From a virus: a stretch of 64,000 nucleotides of DNA. Position numbers and translations under genes: made by a program. The notes below the pieces were generated by a model that made no database searches, had not been told where the DNA came from, and saw only the letters and a list, made by a program, of their open reading frames with translations. Positions 53,854 to 63,219 of this stretch are shown in pieces. Location: the IMG/VR virus record IMGVR_UViG_3300050120_000053, positions 1,291 to 65,290 of that record, one strand, 5' to 3'. Position 1 is the first letter of the stretch. Each line of letters begins with the position of its first letter.

Positions 53854-55278
53854 TTATACTTTGCGAACGGCAGCGTTCGGGAAGCGTTCAGCGAAGCCTT
53901 GCGGGCGAGCGCTGTCGGCTGCGATGCGAACCGGAGTGGTGCCGGGTTTCGGCTGCGCTTCCAGCACTGCGCGGAAGGCGCTTGGGTGGATGTCCGAGAC
54001 ATCAATGCCCATCGTTTCGAGTGCGGTCTTGTAGACGAACTCCGCGCTGTCTGCGGCGATGGCCAGCTTGCCGACCCACGGTTGCACGGCGACTTCCGCG
54101 TGAGCGATGTCGCGCATGCGCTTCACGGCGGCAGCTTCGGCGGTCTTCACTGCCGACTTAATGGCAGCGTCCATTGCGGGCTTGCTCACCGAGTCGTCGT
54201 CTTTCTTGGCGGTCGCCGGCGGTGCGGGCGTACCCGGCGTCGGAGGCGGAGCATCGAGCGCGGGCTTCTTGTCGTCAGGCGGGTCTTTCTTGTCGTCGTC
54301 TTCGTCGCCGGCCAACTTCAGGCCGCGCAATTTCCCTTCGACATCCTTCATGTCTTCATCGCTGATCTTGCCCTTGAGCGAAGCCAGGATGTCGTCGACC
54401 GGGCTTGCATCGACAGCGCCCGCGCCGGGATCGGCCGGCATGTCGTCATCGAGACCGACGTTGTCGTCAGGATCGCCGAGCGAGTCGAGCAGTTCGACGA
54501 TGTCCGCGAGGTCTGCGTCGTTCGCGAGTTTCGGCTTGATCGCGGCCGCAATGAGCGGCTTCGACGTCAACCAGTTCGCAGCAGTGACGCCCGCAAGAAT
54601 GGGGTTGAGATTCAGCTTTGCGTCGGCTGCGAGTTTTGGCTTCAAGGCCAGCAAGGCCCCTTTCACCAAAGCGGCTTTCCGAGAAAGGGGCTTCTTGATG
54701 GTCATAGTTTGAAACTCCAAGGGTTTGCTGTCGCCAATGACGACGTCCGGTCCTGCTCTGCCGATCGGCACCACGGCTACGTGATTGCCGATAATGTTGG
54801 TCATGCGCCCGTCGAAATGAACGCCTTCGTAAGTGCCCGGCTCCATGACTGCCGTGTACCGATAGGCACATGACAGTTCGCGTTGCGTCTCGTTTTGGAT
54901 GCCGTCGATTGCGTCTCCAGCCCATACGACAAGGCTGTTTTGCAAATAAGGTGCGGCGAACACAGCGTTGGATCCGGTCGATCCAACAACCAAATCAGGC
55001 TGGTGGTCGTCGGCTGAAACCGGTATGTGTTCACTGAGAAGAGGAATGTTGTTGAACGTGGGGGCCGCCTTTTCAAGCTCGTCCGGGTCACGCAGCAACT
55101 GATAAATTTGTTTCGGGTCAAGTCCGAGCGATTCGGAATCCGGAATTTCTGAGCCCTGGTACGGGTTCACCGTGGCCTTGGAAATATTGGCCACTTCCAC
55201 GTGCAGCCTTCCGTCTTGGTCTATCCGGCGGACCGAGCCCTTATCGAAGGCGAGGCGGTCATGCTTCGAAGGTGTCAT
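53854..55278 (-). CDS. Prohead protease/scaffold, DUF2213 family
   Basis: AFD..S.R..D.DGRLHV...ISKA.VNPY.G.EIP...ELSC.YRY...GNHVA.V..GRAG.DV...D. Confidence 0.9.
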   Translation of the reverse strand: MTPSKHDRLAFDKGSVRRIDQDGRLHVEVANISKATVNPYQGSEIPDSESLGLDPKQIYQLLRDPDELEKAAPTFNNIPLLSEHIPVSADDHQPDLVVGSTGSNAVFAAPYLQNSLVVWAGDAIDGIQNETQRELSCAYRYTAVMEPGTYEGVHFDGRMTNIIGNHVAVVPIGRAGPDVVIGDSKPLEFQTMTIKKPLSRKAALVKGALLALKPKLAADAKLNLNPILAGVTAANWLTSKPLIAAAIKPKLANDADLADIVELLDSLGDPDDNVGLDDDMPADPGAGAVDASPVDDILASLKGKISDEDMKDVEGKLRGLKLAGDEDDDKKDPPDDKKPALDAPPPTPGTPAPPATAKKDDDSVSKPAMDAAIKSAVKTAEAAAVKRMRDIAHAEVAVQPWVGKLAIAADSAEFVYKTALETMGIDVSDIHPSAFRAVLEAQPKPGTTPVRIAADSARPQGFAERFPNAAVRKV

Positions 55279-55342
55279 TGGCTTTCGGCGGACGTAAAAA
55301 AGCCCGCACAGTAGCGGGCTCTGATGGAATGAATTTGACTGG

Positions 55343-55504
55343 CTATTTCACTTTGATGCGCAGGCCGCGGCACATCGCCTTGCCTGCATAGAACAGCGCC
55401 CTCTTCTCGCCAACGAATCGCCACGTGCTGAAGGCCACCAGATAGGCGAGCGGCTTCGCCCACCACGCTAGACGCACGCTGACCGAGATAGCGATCTGTG
55501 CCAT
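55343..55504 (-). CDS. Small basic hypothetical protein
   Basis: V.LAWW.K.YL pattern; 53 aa between F-like gene and scaffold. Confidence 0.55.
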   Translation of the reverse strand: MAQIAISVSVRLAWWAKPLAYLVAFSTWRFVGEKRALFYAGKAMCRGLRIKVK

Positions 55505-55505
55505 T

Positions 55506-56354
55506 TCAATCTCCGAGGCCGGGTATGACCGACTGGCATGTGCACCGGCAGCGCGGCAGTTGACCGGGCAGGATGAATTCGCCATCGATCTCGCATCCCT
55601 TGGATACGTCGAATAGCTCTCCCTTCCCGCCGTCGGCGCGACCTGCCGCGAGATGCGAGATGCGCGGGTGCTTGCCGGCGCCACTATGCTTCCAGCGAGC
55701 CATCGTGATGCCGAGCTCGCGCTGTCGCGTCTGGTTGATGACCGCGGTCATCTTGTTGCTTTGATCCTGCGCGATGAATGCCGCGCGGCGCTTGGTAATA
55801 TCGAACCGTTCCGTCAAGGCGGCGGTAAGCCCGCCAAGATCGCGCCCGACCTGCATGTGCCGCATGACCAAGCCCTCGACTTGCGTCAGGTGCTCGGAGG
55901 CAATGCTGCGGATCAGTCCAACGTTCTCGCCAATCGCGGCTTGCATGGCATTGTTCACTTCCGCCGTGGTTTTGAACTCGACGGTGAAGCCTGCTTTCTT
56001 CAGCACGTCTTTCAACTGGATGTCTGTGGCGCCGGCCGCTTTGTCAGCGAAGTATTTCGCCAGCGCGGGCGCGCCCTGATCAAACGCCTTGAGCCATCGG
56101 CGCGACATGCGGTGTATCGCACGGCGCATTGCATTGGCTGGGCTACCATCTCGAAGCGACTCGAAGCCGGCATCCTGCGCCATGCTGGGCGGAGGATTGG
56201 CGCGCCACTGCGCGGTGATCCAGTAGACGAGTGACTTGTGCAGGGCCGAGACCCACTTATCCAGCTCACGCTGATAGCGCGCCTCGACCCCGGCGTTCGG
56301 TCGCACGGCGCGGAGGACGATATCCTTGCCGGTCGGAGAGACGAGTTTTGCCAT
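55506..56354 (-). CDS. Head morphogenesis protein (Mu gpF-like)
   Basis: RA.FIA.DQ.NK...W.H......PR.SH...F....G...PG....CRC. Confidence 0.88.
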   Translation of the reverse strand: MAKLVSPTGKDIVLRAVRPNAGVEARYQRELDKWVSALHKSLVYWITAQWRANPPPSMAQDAGFESLRDGSPANAMRRAIHRMSRRWLKAFDQGAPALAKYFADKAAGATDIQLKDVLKKAGFTVEFKTTAEVNNAMQAAIGENVGLIRSIASEHLTQVEGLVMRHMQVGRDLGGLTAALTERFDITKRRAAFIAQDQSNKMTAVINQTRQRELGITMARWKHSGAGKHPRISHLAAGRADGGKGELFDVSKGCEIDGEFILPGQLPRCRCTCQSVIPGLGD

Positions 56355-56365
56355 CAGGAGGCGCT

Positions 56366-56620
56366 ATGGACGAGGAAAAGTACATCGATGTTGATTACGT
56401 CGGGTACGAGCACACGCACCCTAAGCGCGTCCTCGTTTATATCGGCGAGAATGACGAGCACCCGGCGCGCTTCAATCTTTACGACGCCCTGGAAACGCAA
56501 CTGGACATGTTCGCGAACCCCGATGAAACGATCAAGCGCGAGGCAATGGCCCTATTCGAGGCCATGCGCTTTGAGTTGTCGGCGATGATCTCGAAGATTG
56601 ATGCGATCAAGTACGACTAG
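56366..56620 (+). CDS. Acidic 84-aa protein on the strand opposite the head genes
   Basis: RBS AGGAGG at 56356; fills the gap between portal stop and F start exactly. Confidence 0.65.
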   Translation: MDEEKYIDVDYVGYEHTHPKRVLVYIGENDEHPARFNLYDALETQLDMFANPDETIKREAMALFEAMRFELSAMISKIDAIKYD

Positions 56621-58155
56621 GCCGCCGCCGGCTCTTCTGCCGGCTCCTGCTGCCCGCTGATCTTCTCTGCTTTCTCAATCGGCCCCGATTCGGGATCCGG
56701 CAATTCCGGCAGGTCTTCGTTCAGATCGAGCGCGGCATACGGGCCGTCCTCTTGCGAGGCAAGCCGCACGCGCGCCTCCTGCGGACTGATCACGCTTGCG
56801 CCGATCAGCTCGATGTCCGTGTCCGCTTCAACCTTGCGGGCATTCGCCATCTCCAACTCATTGAGCGGTTCGAGCGGCTGATACTGAAACCCGATCTCCG
56901 GGTCAATCTCGCCGTAGAGCGACAACTGAATGATGTTGATGATCGCCGACAGCAACGGCGTGAACAGCGCCTCCTGCTGAGCCAAAATCCACGCGTACCA
57001 GACGTTCAATTCGCCTTCGCTGGATGCATTCAGGCCGGATGGCGTAATGCCGAGCAGGACAATGAGCGGGATGCCCGCGACGGACGACATGTGCTCTTGA
57101 GCCTGCGCCTGGAGCTTATCCAGCCCCGTCAAAGGAACCGAAACGTTGAAAAGCTCCTCACCGTCCTTATCGATCAGCATCATGTTTCGGTTGTCGCGGC
57201 TCTGGTTAAAGAGCTGCGCACGGCGGTCCATCTCTTCGCCGCCACCGCCATTCAAGACGCCCGTGAGATTCGTCTTGAGGCCAGTCATGCTGAAACCGTG
57301 AACCAAGTCCGATACCGACTGGCGAGTGCGCAGCCAATTGTCGATGTACGGTTTTGCCATCTGACTCAGGCTCAGGCCGCCGAACGCATAGGCAGGCTTG
57401 AGCAAGTCCGGAACCGGCCGGCTTACGAATGTCAGCAAGCGGCTGGCATGGACTTCGTCTCCCATCACAAACCAGCTCTGTGGCTTGTAGTGACCGGGCT
57501 TGAGCGGACTCGTGCTGTTATAGGCGTTCGGATACGTCCAGATTGGCTCGATGACGCGCAGCGCCTTAAGTGGAACCTTGCCAATCTTGGCCTTGGTTAT
57601 CACGAGCGGCGTCTTCAGTTCCTGCGCGTCATCCGTGTCGCCGGTATCAATGTAAATCTGCGAGCGCCCGAAATACCCATCCTGCTCGGCTGCCTTCTGA
57701 AAGGCAGCCTGAACGCCCAGCCGTTTCATCTCGGCTTCGATATCGCGCAACTTATCGGACTTGTCGTTATCGCCGGTAGCCTGCAGCCGGATCCATTTGC
57801 GCGTCATCTCCTTCGCGATGATCTCGGCGGGACGCCGATACTCGGGCCGCTGGGAAAGCTCCGACAGATAGGCGTAGCCCATGAAACCAAGGCCTTCCGC
57901 GAACGCGCTATCGACGGCGTACGCGTAATTCGCATCCATCGCCGAGTCGCACGCCATCTTGGCTTGCGCCGGGATGACGCCTGGCGCCGCTGTCGGCAAC
58001 GTGTAGGCGCTGGCCTTCGGCGCACTGGCCGCGAGCGGCGTAAGTAAAGCCCGTTCGCTGATCTTCATCTCGTCCGATGCGGGCGCGATTACGACCGGCT
58101 CGACGCGAACTGGTGCCGGCGCAGACTTCCGCCAGGATTTGATGAAATTGAACAT
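56617..58155 (-). CDS. Portal protein, DUF1073 family
   Basis: F.GY.YLSEL.QRPEYR...IA.EMTR.W...SR.L.F...L.PAY.FGGLS...IP...LLGI.P.GLNASSEG. Confidence 0.92.
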   Translation of the reverse strand: MFNFIKSWRKSAPAPVRVEPVVIAPASDEMKISERALLTPLAASAPKASAYTLPTAAPGVIPAQAKMACDSAMDANYAYAVDSAFAEGLGFMGYAYLSELSQRPEYRRPAEIIAKEMTRKWIRLQATGDNDKSDKLRDIEAEMKRLGVQAAFQKAAEQDGYFGRSQIYIDTGDTDDAQELKTPLVITKAKIGKVPLKALRVIEPIWTYPNAYNSTSPLKPGHYKPQSWFVMGDEVHASRLLTFVSRPVPDLLKPAYAFGGLSLSQMAKPYIDNWLRTRQSVSDLVHGFSMTGLKTNLTGVLNGGGGEEMDRRAQLFNQSRDNRNMMLIDKDGEELFNVSVPLTGLDKLQAQAQEHMSSVAGIPLIVLLGITPSGLNASSEGELNVWYAWILAQQEALFTPLLSAIINIIQLSLYGEIDPEIGFQYQPLEPLNELEMANARKVEADTDIELIGASVISPQEARVRLASQEDGPYAALDLNEDLPELPDPESGPIEKAEKISGQQEPAEEPAAA

Positions 58156-58160
58156 TTTGG

Positions 58161-59549
58161 TTACGCCCGCTGAAGCGCGGCTTCTGAAATGCGCATAGGG
58201 GTAGCACCCGGAGCGAAGGCCATAACGATCGCGTCGGCCAAGTTGGGAGACGGAACTTCGCGCTTGCTGAGATCCTTCTTGCTTTCCACCTTCACCTTGC
58301 CGTTGTTGTCGTAGTCGCGCTTGGGCGTGGCCAGCTCGTCAATCAATTGCTCAAGGAATGGCAAATCACTCGAAAGACTGATCATTTCGTCATCCGCGAA
58401 CTTTTCGCCGTTTCGAACGGCGTTGTAAGTGTTACGGAATCGATCAGCCAGTAGCCACCACGCCTGCGCCTTGATATTCGAGAACTGATCCTTGTTCTTC
58501 GTCGGGTGCGAGTAAACGGCCTCTGGCCTGAACACAGCGCCACCGGCATTGAATTTCGCATACGTAATGCGCGGCATGTTCGGATTGGCGGCGTTCAGCT
58601 CACCAAACTTCGCGCCGGCCGTCGCACCAACCCCGATCGAGTCATACGTGACAGCCGCGCCTCGATCCCGGGCTGAGTGATAGACGCGCGTGCAGGACTT
58701 GAGCAATTCGTCCTCGCCCGCCTTCCACATATCGGCCCACAACACCAAGGAGCCGTGCGCGTAGACCGTGGCGCATTTATCCGCACCGGAGTCTGCAACG
58801 TCGAAGCCCATGCGTTTCGCGCCGGATGCCTCCCAGCCGAGCGCCTTGTGCGCATCAACCGCGGCCATGATCCACGAGCGCTTAATGATCGAGCCTTCGT
58901 CGTCATCTTTCGGCTCGCCTAAATAGATATGGCGATACTCGTCTTCATCCTCAGCCTTTGCGGCTTCGATGATCAGACGCATCGTTTCAGAGAGAAACGG
59001 ATTTTCGTCAAAATTGATTCTGCGAACAACCGTGTTCGGGGGAGGATTCACCACGAACCGCTTGTAAGCGAAGTCGGTCGCGAGCTTAGGGTTGAAGATC
59101 ACCCAAATCTGCGAGCCCTCTTTCCGAATCGTTGGCTCAAGAACCTTCCACTGCTCTTCGGTGAGGTTATGCGCCTCCTCGATCCAGAGAATGTCGATGC
59201 CTTCCAGCGACTTGATTTCGTCGATGGACCGCCACAAACCGTAAAACATAAACTCACTGCCAGTCTCCCGGCCAGTGATCTTGTTATCGATGATCTTGAA
59301 CTGGTCAAGCAACCCGAAGCGTTCAATCTGGTGCTTCAGCAGCGTATAGACCGATTCCTCTATCTTGTTCTGAAACTGCCGAACGCAGAGGACGCGAATC
59401 TTGTAGTTGCTCGCCAGGAAGGTGGCGAACCCGGCTGCGTCCCATGACTTCGTGGACGCGCGACCGCCATACAGCACCTTGTTGCGCGCCTTGGCTTGCC
59501 AGAAGGGGCGAAGGCAAGGATTCAGCGTTGGTTTAAGCGTCGTCCCCAT
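58161..59549 (-). CDS. terL: Terminase large subunit (PBSX family)
   Basis: VLYGGRASTKSW, SLEGIDILWIEEA, FNP, GFDVADSG.D, SPNLADA. Confidence 0.95.
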   Translation of the reverse strand: MGTTLKPTLNPCLRPFWQAKARNKVLYGGRASTKSWDAAGFATFLASNYKIRVLCVRQFQNKIEESVYTLLKHQIERFGLLDQFKIIDNKITGRETGSEFMFYGLWRSIDEIKSLEGIDILWIEEAHNLTEEQWKVLEPTIRKEGSQIWVIFNPKLATDFAYKRFVVNPPPNTVVRRINFDENPFLSETMRLIIEAAKAEDEDEYRHIYLGEPKDDDEGSIIKRSWIMAAVDAHKALGWEASGAKRMGFDVADSGADKCATVYAHGSLVLWADMWKAGEDELLKSCTRVYHSARDRGAAVTYDSIGVGATAGAKFGELNAANPNMPRITYAKFNAGGAVFRPEAVYSHPTKNKDQFSNIKAQAWWLLADRFRNTYNAVRNGEKFADDEMISLSSDLPFLEQLIDELATPKRDYDNNGKVKVESKKDLSKREVPSPNLADAIVMAFAPGATPMRISEAALQRA

Positions 59550-60144
59550 AGAAGTGCGAAAGTCCCGACGGTGCTCGATCATTCCCGGCGCCCGGGTCAA
59601 CAGTCAGCCCGTAGGCTTCGCGCTCCAATGCAACCAGCGTTTTCAGTGTCTCGGCCAGCTTCTTCATGCTGTCGACTCGCCCGGCGCTGGATATAACCTT
59701 GTTGTAGAGATCGTTGCGCTTGTCATTGCCGCGCTCATCGGGTGAGCGAAGGATTTCCCCCAACTCGTCGAACAGCTCGCGGTTGCCGGTGACGATCTCT
59801 AGCTCTTCCAACAGGGCCATTGCCAAGCGGCGAGACCGCGCGATGTCCTTCCGTTGGGATATCCGGATCGTGGCCTGAGTAGTGGCCTCAGCCTCAATTA
59901 CCTGAGATTCCGCGACGCGGGTTTGCGCACTAACCTCGCCGCTAACCAGCGACGCACTAACCTTTGCGTCGGCCTTAGCCTGAATTTTTGCCTTGAGATC
60001 GCGCGCCCATCCATCGCGTTTAGCGCGCTTTAGGATGCCTGCGTCCGACACCCCGAATTCGGCGCCAATGTCCTTCAGAGACCGGATTCCCGCGCGGTAC
60101 TGAATCTCGACCGCTTCCCAGTCGATAATCTTTCTATTTGCCAC
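59533..60144 (-). CDS. terS: Terminase small subunit
   Basis: DWEAVE..YRAG.RSL..IG.EFGVS...I.KRAKRDGW.RDL...LEREAYGL. Confidence 0.88.
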   Translation of the reverse strand: MANRKIIDWEAVEIQYRAGIRSLKDIGAEFGVSDAGILKRAKRDGWARDLKAKIQAKADAKVSASLVSGEVSAQTRVAESQVIEAEATTQATIRISQRKDIARSRRLAMALLEELEIVTGNRELFDELGEILRSPDERGNDKRNDLYNKVISSAGRVDSMKKLAETLKTLVALEREAYGLTVDPGAGNDRAPSGLSHFYGDDA

Positions 60145-60148
60145 GACG

Positions 60149-60673
60149 CTAGGCCCCGCCTATCACTCGCGCTATGGCCTCGCCTGTCGCCATTAAAGAC
60201 GCCATCGATTGCCAAGGCAGCGGAATAACACCAGCGTGCTCGCACGCCTCTTCGATCACGCCATCCAGAAGGATGTTGCCGGTTGACGTCCAAAGCAGAC
60301 ATTTCCTGACGCGCTTCACTGCGCCCTTCGACATCGCGAGCTGTACGGCATATAGAGCCGCCTGACCGATTCCTGAAACGACGTGGTTGTAGCCATTTGA
60401 GCCGTCTTTAGCCTCGATCACACTCGCCGAGCCATCCAAATGGAAAACGACAATATCGGCGCGCCCAAACTTCAGAGCCATCTCGTACACAACCGTGTCG
60501 TGCTCCGACATTGGGATGCGGTCTTCCAGCACGCCTGCGCTGACCGATTCTCGGAAGAGGCGGACTACGTCCTTCTCAATGCCGTGCGGAGCGCCGGAAG
60601 CAAGGATCGCGTGCGTTTCAGCTTCGATGCGCTCCCAGTCCGGCGCGGCTTTCTTTTCCTGCGCCATTTTCAT
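60149..60673 (-). CDS. PD-(D/E)XK-type nuclease with a TerS-like N-terminal stub
   Basis: E....GRADIV...VIEAK...GIGQA..Y; begins MAQEKKAAPDWERIEAE. Confidence 0.7.
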   Translation of the reverse strand: MKMAQEKKAAPDWERIEAETHAILASGAPHGIEKDVVRLFRESVSAGVLEDRIPMSEHDTVVYEMALKFGRADIVVFHLDGSASVIEAKDGSNGYNHVVSGIGQAALYAVQLAMSKGAVKRVRKCLLWTSTGNILLDGVIEEACEHAGVIPLPWQSMASLMATGEAIARVIGGA

Positions 60674-60720
60674 GCTCTACAAGTTAGTTACGCTTTGTGG
60701 CTCGTGGGCCTTCGGAAGTT

Positions 60721-60939
60721 TCACTCAATCTTCATTGATCGAGTACGTTTCCCATCTCGGAACGTCCAGAGATACTTGATGTGTGGCATCCCGCGCGACG
60801 CAAACTCAGCCATGGATTCACGAATGACCTGATCTTCGTCGCCGCCGGCATCCAGAAGGACTTGGTACATGTCCATTAGGGTGTCATCGCCGAATACCAA
60901 TTTGCTTTTCGTCGGTGGCGCTTGTTCGGTCGCTTGCAT
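60721..60939 (-). CDS. Hypothetical protein
   Basis: Late-leader ORF from MQATEQ. Confidence 0.45.
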   Translation of the reverse strand: MQATEQAPPTKSKLVFGDDTLMDMYQVLLDAGGDEDQVIRESMAEFASRGMPHIKYLWTFRDGKRTRSMKIE

Positions 60940-61190
60940 GTTGGCTCTCTTCACCGAGGAGTTCGATGTTTGGTTACGCGCTCCTACCGCTCTCCGCCCG
61001 AGAAAGGTATCGGTGGACGACATATAGCGCGCGGCTGGCGTTGTTTCGGTCACTGCACAGCTTGACCGGGCAGAAGCGCAACGGTTGACCGGTAGCCTGA
61101 CGGCCGGAGTGGTCGAAGTGCGCCAACCTGCGCGAAGAAAAAAGCCGGAGTTACCGGCAATTCAGCGTGAGGCGCTGAAGGAGACTCGGT

Positions 61191-61481
61191 TTAGCAGATG
61201 ATCGTGCCGGGCGGGTAACCGAGCGGACCCCACTGGTACGGCTGCTGCGGCCATTGGAATGGGGATGCCTGATCAACTTGGCGCGGTCTTTCGTGAAACT
61301 CGCGCATGATTCTCTGAAGATCGCTTTCGCCCGACTTCACTTCCACAACCGGCGGCGTCACTTTCTTGAAAACGAGCGCGAGATGATCCTGAATCGCCTT
61401 CCATTGCGCAGCCGTGGGCATGGCCCCGCCGTTCATCTCGACGAATCCATTCAGCCAGTATGCAAAGTCGCGTTCGTTCAT
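61191..61481 (-). CDS. Conserved hypothetical phage protein
   Basis: MNERDFAYWLNGF.E...PT..QW..I.DHL.LVF.K.TP. Confidence 0.75.
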   Translation of the reverse strand: MNERDFAYWLNGFVEMNGGAMPTAAQWKAIQDHLALVFKKVTPPVVEVKSGESDLQRIMREFHERPRQVDQASPFQWPQQPYQWGPLGYPPGTIIC

Positions 61482-61887
61482 GATCTCTCTATATAGGTTG
61501 AAGGCAAGCGCTACAAGCGACGGCGTCGTGCGCTCGTCCTGCGCGGGGCTCTGGCGGTTCCGGGATTGGTGAAGCCTCACCAGACACTGAGCCTATTAGG
61601 AAAGTGCCGCCGGGTCGATCCAAAGCGCTGTCCGCCCTCAGGTCGCAGAGACTAGCGGCGGTCTTGCAGTATTCCTACTGTAGTGGTCCGCCATCAATCC
61701 CTACGCCTCAGGGCGCTCAATCCGCCAACGCCTCACTCGCCTCATCCAGCGCCAGCATCACTAGCCATGCACAGCGAGCGCAGGCGTTTAGGTAGATGCT
61801 GAGGTACTCGAACATGGCTGCCTCTGTTGGGTGCGCGTCGATCCGTATGTGTTGCCAGGTGCCGACCCTGACCGAGCGCGCGGGGGA

Positions 61888-62013
61888 CTATTTCGCCATC
61901 CGCCGCAATGCATCAAGCTTTGCGATCAGCGACACCTTTAGCGCGCCGTCAATGCGCAGGCGCTGCAGATCGGCCTCGATGCTATCGATCAGGGCTTGAA
62001 TTTCGGGGTTCAT
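61888..62013 (-). CDS. 41-aa hypothetical protein, first ORF after pR'
   Basis: RBS GGAG-like; MNPEIQALIDSIEADL... Confidence 0.5.
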   Translation of the reverse strand: MNPEIQALIDSIEADLQRLRIDGALKVSLIAKLDALRRMAK

Positions 62014-62177
62014 TTCGATGCGCCAATGCAAAAACCCGACACAAGGCCGGGTTCGAGGAATTTTAGAGCGATCGATGCTTACGCGCAAATTTGGGGGGGG
62101 GTGTGCATTCCTGCACTGTCGCTCTGGAGCGCTCTGTCTCGCGCATTAGTACAACGGTTTTCGAGCGACACGGAGGA

Positions 62178-62206
62178 ATTGTATTCCGCATTTCGTTTGT
62201 TTACAA
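62178..62206 (-). promoter_or_regulatory. Late promoter pR'
   Basis: TTGTAA (62206-62201), 17 bp, TACAAT (62183-62178), immediately after the Q-like stop. Confidence 0.78.
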
Positions 62207-62728
62207 CGGGTTGCGTGAAATATTTTCGTCGCGCAACAGGGCGCTCACCTTCCCGCCAGTCGCCGCCACCGCACCCACCAGGCACGTCACGACCCGGTCA
62301 AATTTCTTCTGGTGCTTGGGCCATGACTCGACTGGGAGTCCAGCGGCCAAGGCGCGCTCGGTGTCCGAGTAGCACTTCATGCCCGCTCCATCGCACGGCC
62401 TGCACTTGCCTGCGTGGATGCCTTCGTAGATATGCCCTACCCCATTGCACTTGTCGCAGGTATCGATTGCATACTCCTTGATCGCCGCCGTCGAAAGTTG
62501 CCGAGCGTAGGACAGTTCGACCTTCAACTGGCACGTCACCTTATGCGCGAGCAGATGGAGCGCACGTTGGTACGACGCCCGGTCGTGGAGATATTTGAAA
62601 CGCCAGAGCGCGGCTCCGAGAGGATCGGAGAGACCCAAGGCAGTGAGCCTGTCGATTGGCCTTTCGAAGTCAGCATGCCATGCCAAATCCTTCGATAGCA
62701 ACGCACTCACAACCTGCTCTCTGATCAT
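62201..62728 (-). CDS. Q-like late antiterminator with Zn finger
   Basis: CDKCNGVG...CRPCDGAG; last early gene, directly followed by a sigma70 promoter. Confidence 0.7.
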   Translation of the reverse strand: MIREQVVSALLSKDLAWHADFERPIDRLTALGLSDPLGAALWRFKYLHDRASYQRALHLLAHKVTCQLKVELSYARQLSTAAIKEYAIDTCDKCNGVGHIYEGIHAGKCRPCDGAGMKCYSDTERALAAGLPVESWPKHQKKFDRVVTCLVGAVAATGGKVSALLRDENISRNPL

Positions 62729-62800
62729 AATTCGCGCCTTGGAAGCGTTAAGCGAAACCGTATGTTTGCTGCCCAACATTTTATCAGATAAATTCGCACT

Positions 62801-62829
62801 CCTATACACATTTTATCCACTTGTATAGG
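62801..62829. promoter_or_regulatory. Inverted repeat CCTATACA-N13-TGTATAGG upstream of Q (copy 2)
   Basis: Matches 202-230. Confidence 0.55.
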
Positions 62830-63016
62830 GCTTATGCATCACTTTCTTCTCATCGCCCACGATCCAGAATATTCCCGCTGACTCCATCGCATTGCGGATT
62901 ACCTGGAAACATTCGTGGAGTCGCACGTTTGGCAAATCAAGGCGCACGTCGACGAAGACAACCCATTCAGATGGCCGCCACGGCTGCTGGATCTTAGGGA
63001 CTGGCGGCGCTTTCAC
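62813..63016 (-). CDS. Hypothetical protein occupying the position of NinX in the left-end allele
   Basis: GTGA overlap with the upstream stop; KAPPVPKIQQPWRP... Confidence 0.5.
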   Translation of the reverse strand: MKAPPVPKIQQPWRPSEWVVFVDVRLDLPNVRLHECFQVIRNAMESAGIFWIVGDEKKVMHKPYTSG

Positions 63017-63219
63017 GGCTGCTCCTCCCCGGTGACGCCAAGAAACTGATAAGAGACGATCCCCGCTTCCACCACCGGCATCTGAGCCGCCTCGACCGGA
63101 GGATGCACGTGCCATCTAACCAGCGGTGACGGCCGAAAAGCTGCGAACAGAATCAGCATCACAGCGCAGCCGATGAGTAGGGCCGCGAGGATTGATAGCG
63201 CGATGATTAGGGGCGTCAT
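63013..63219 (-). CDS. Small single-TM membrane protein (allele B)
   Basis: See 604-813. Confidence 0.7.
   Translation of the reverse strand: MTPLIIALSILAALLIGCAVMLILFAAFRPSPLVRWHVHPPVEAAQMPVVEAGIVSYQFLGVTGEEQP

Noticed and set aside
51820-54873. Long plus-strand ORFs opposite head genes (also 47645-48490, 56752-58047, 14251-15339, 12077-12865, 10764-11429)
   Set aside because: Antisense shadows of high-GC genes with strong codon bias; no RBS or motifs, and the opposite strand encodes recognisable proteins.
56617-58155. Anti-CBASS Acb1 nuclease (a label often attached to DUF1073 proteins)
   Set aside because: Size, motifs and position between terL and the F-like gene identify it as the portal.
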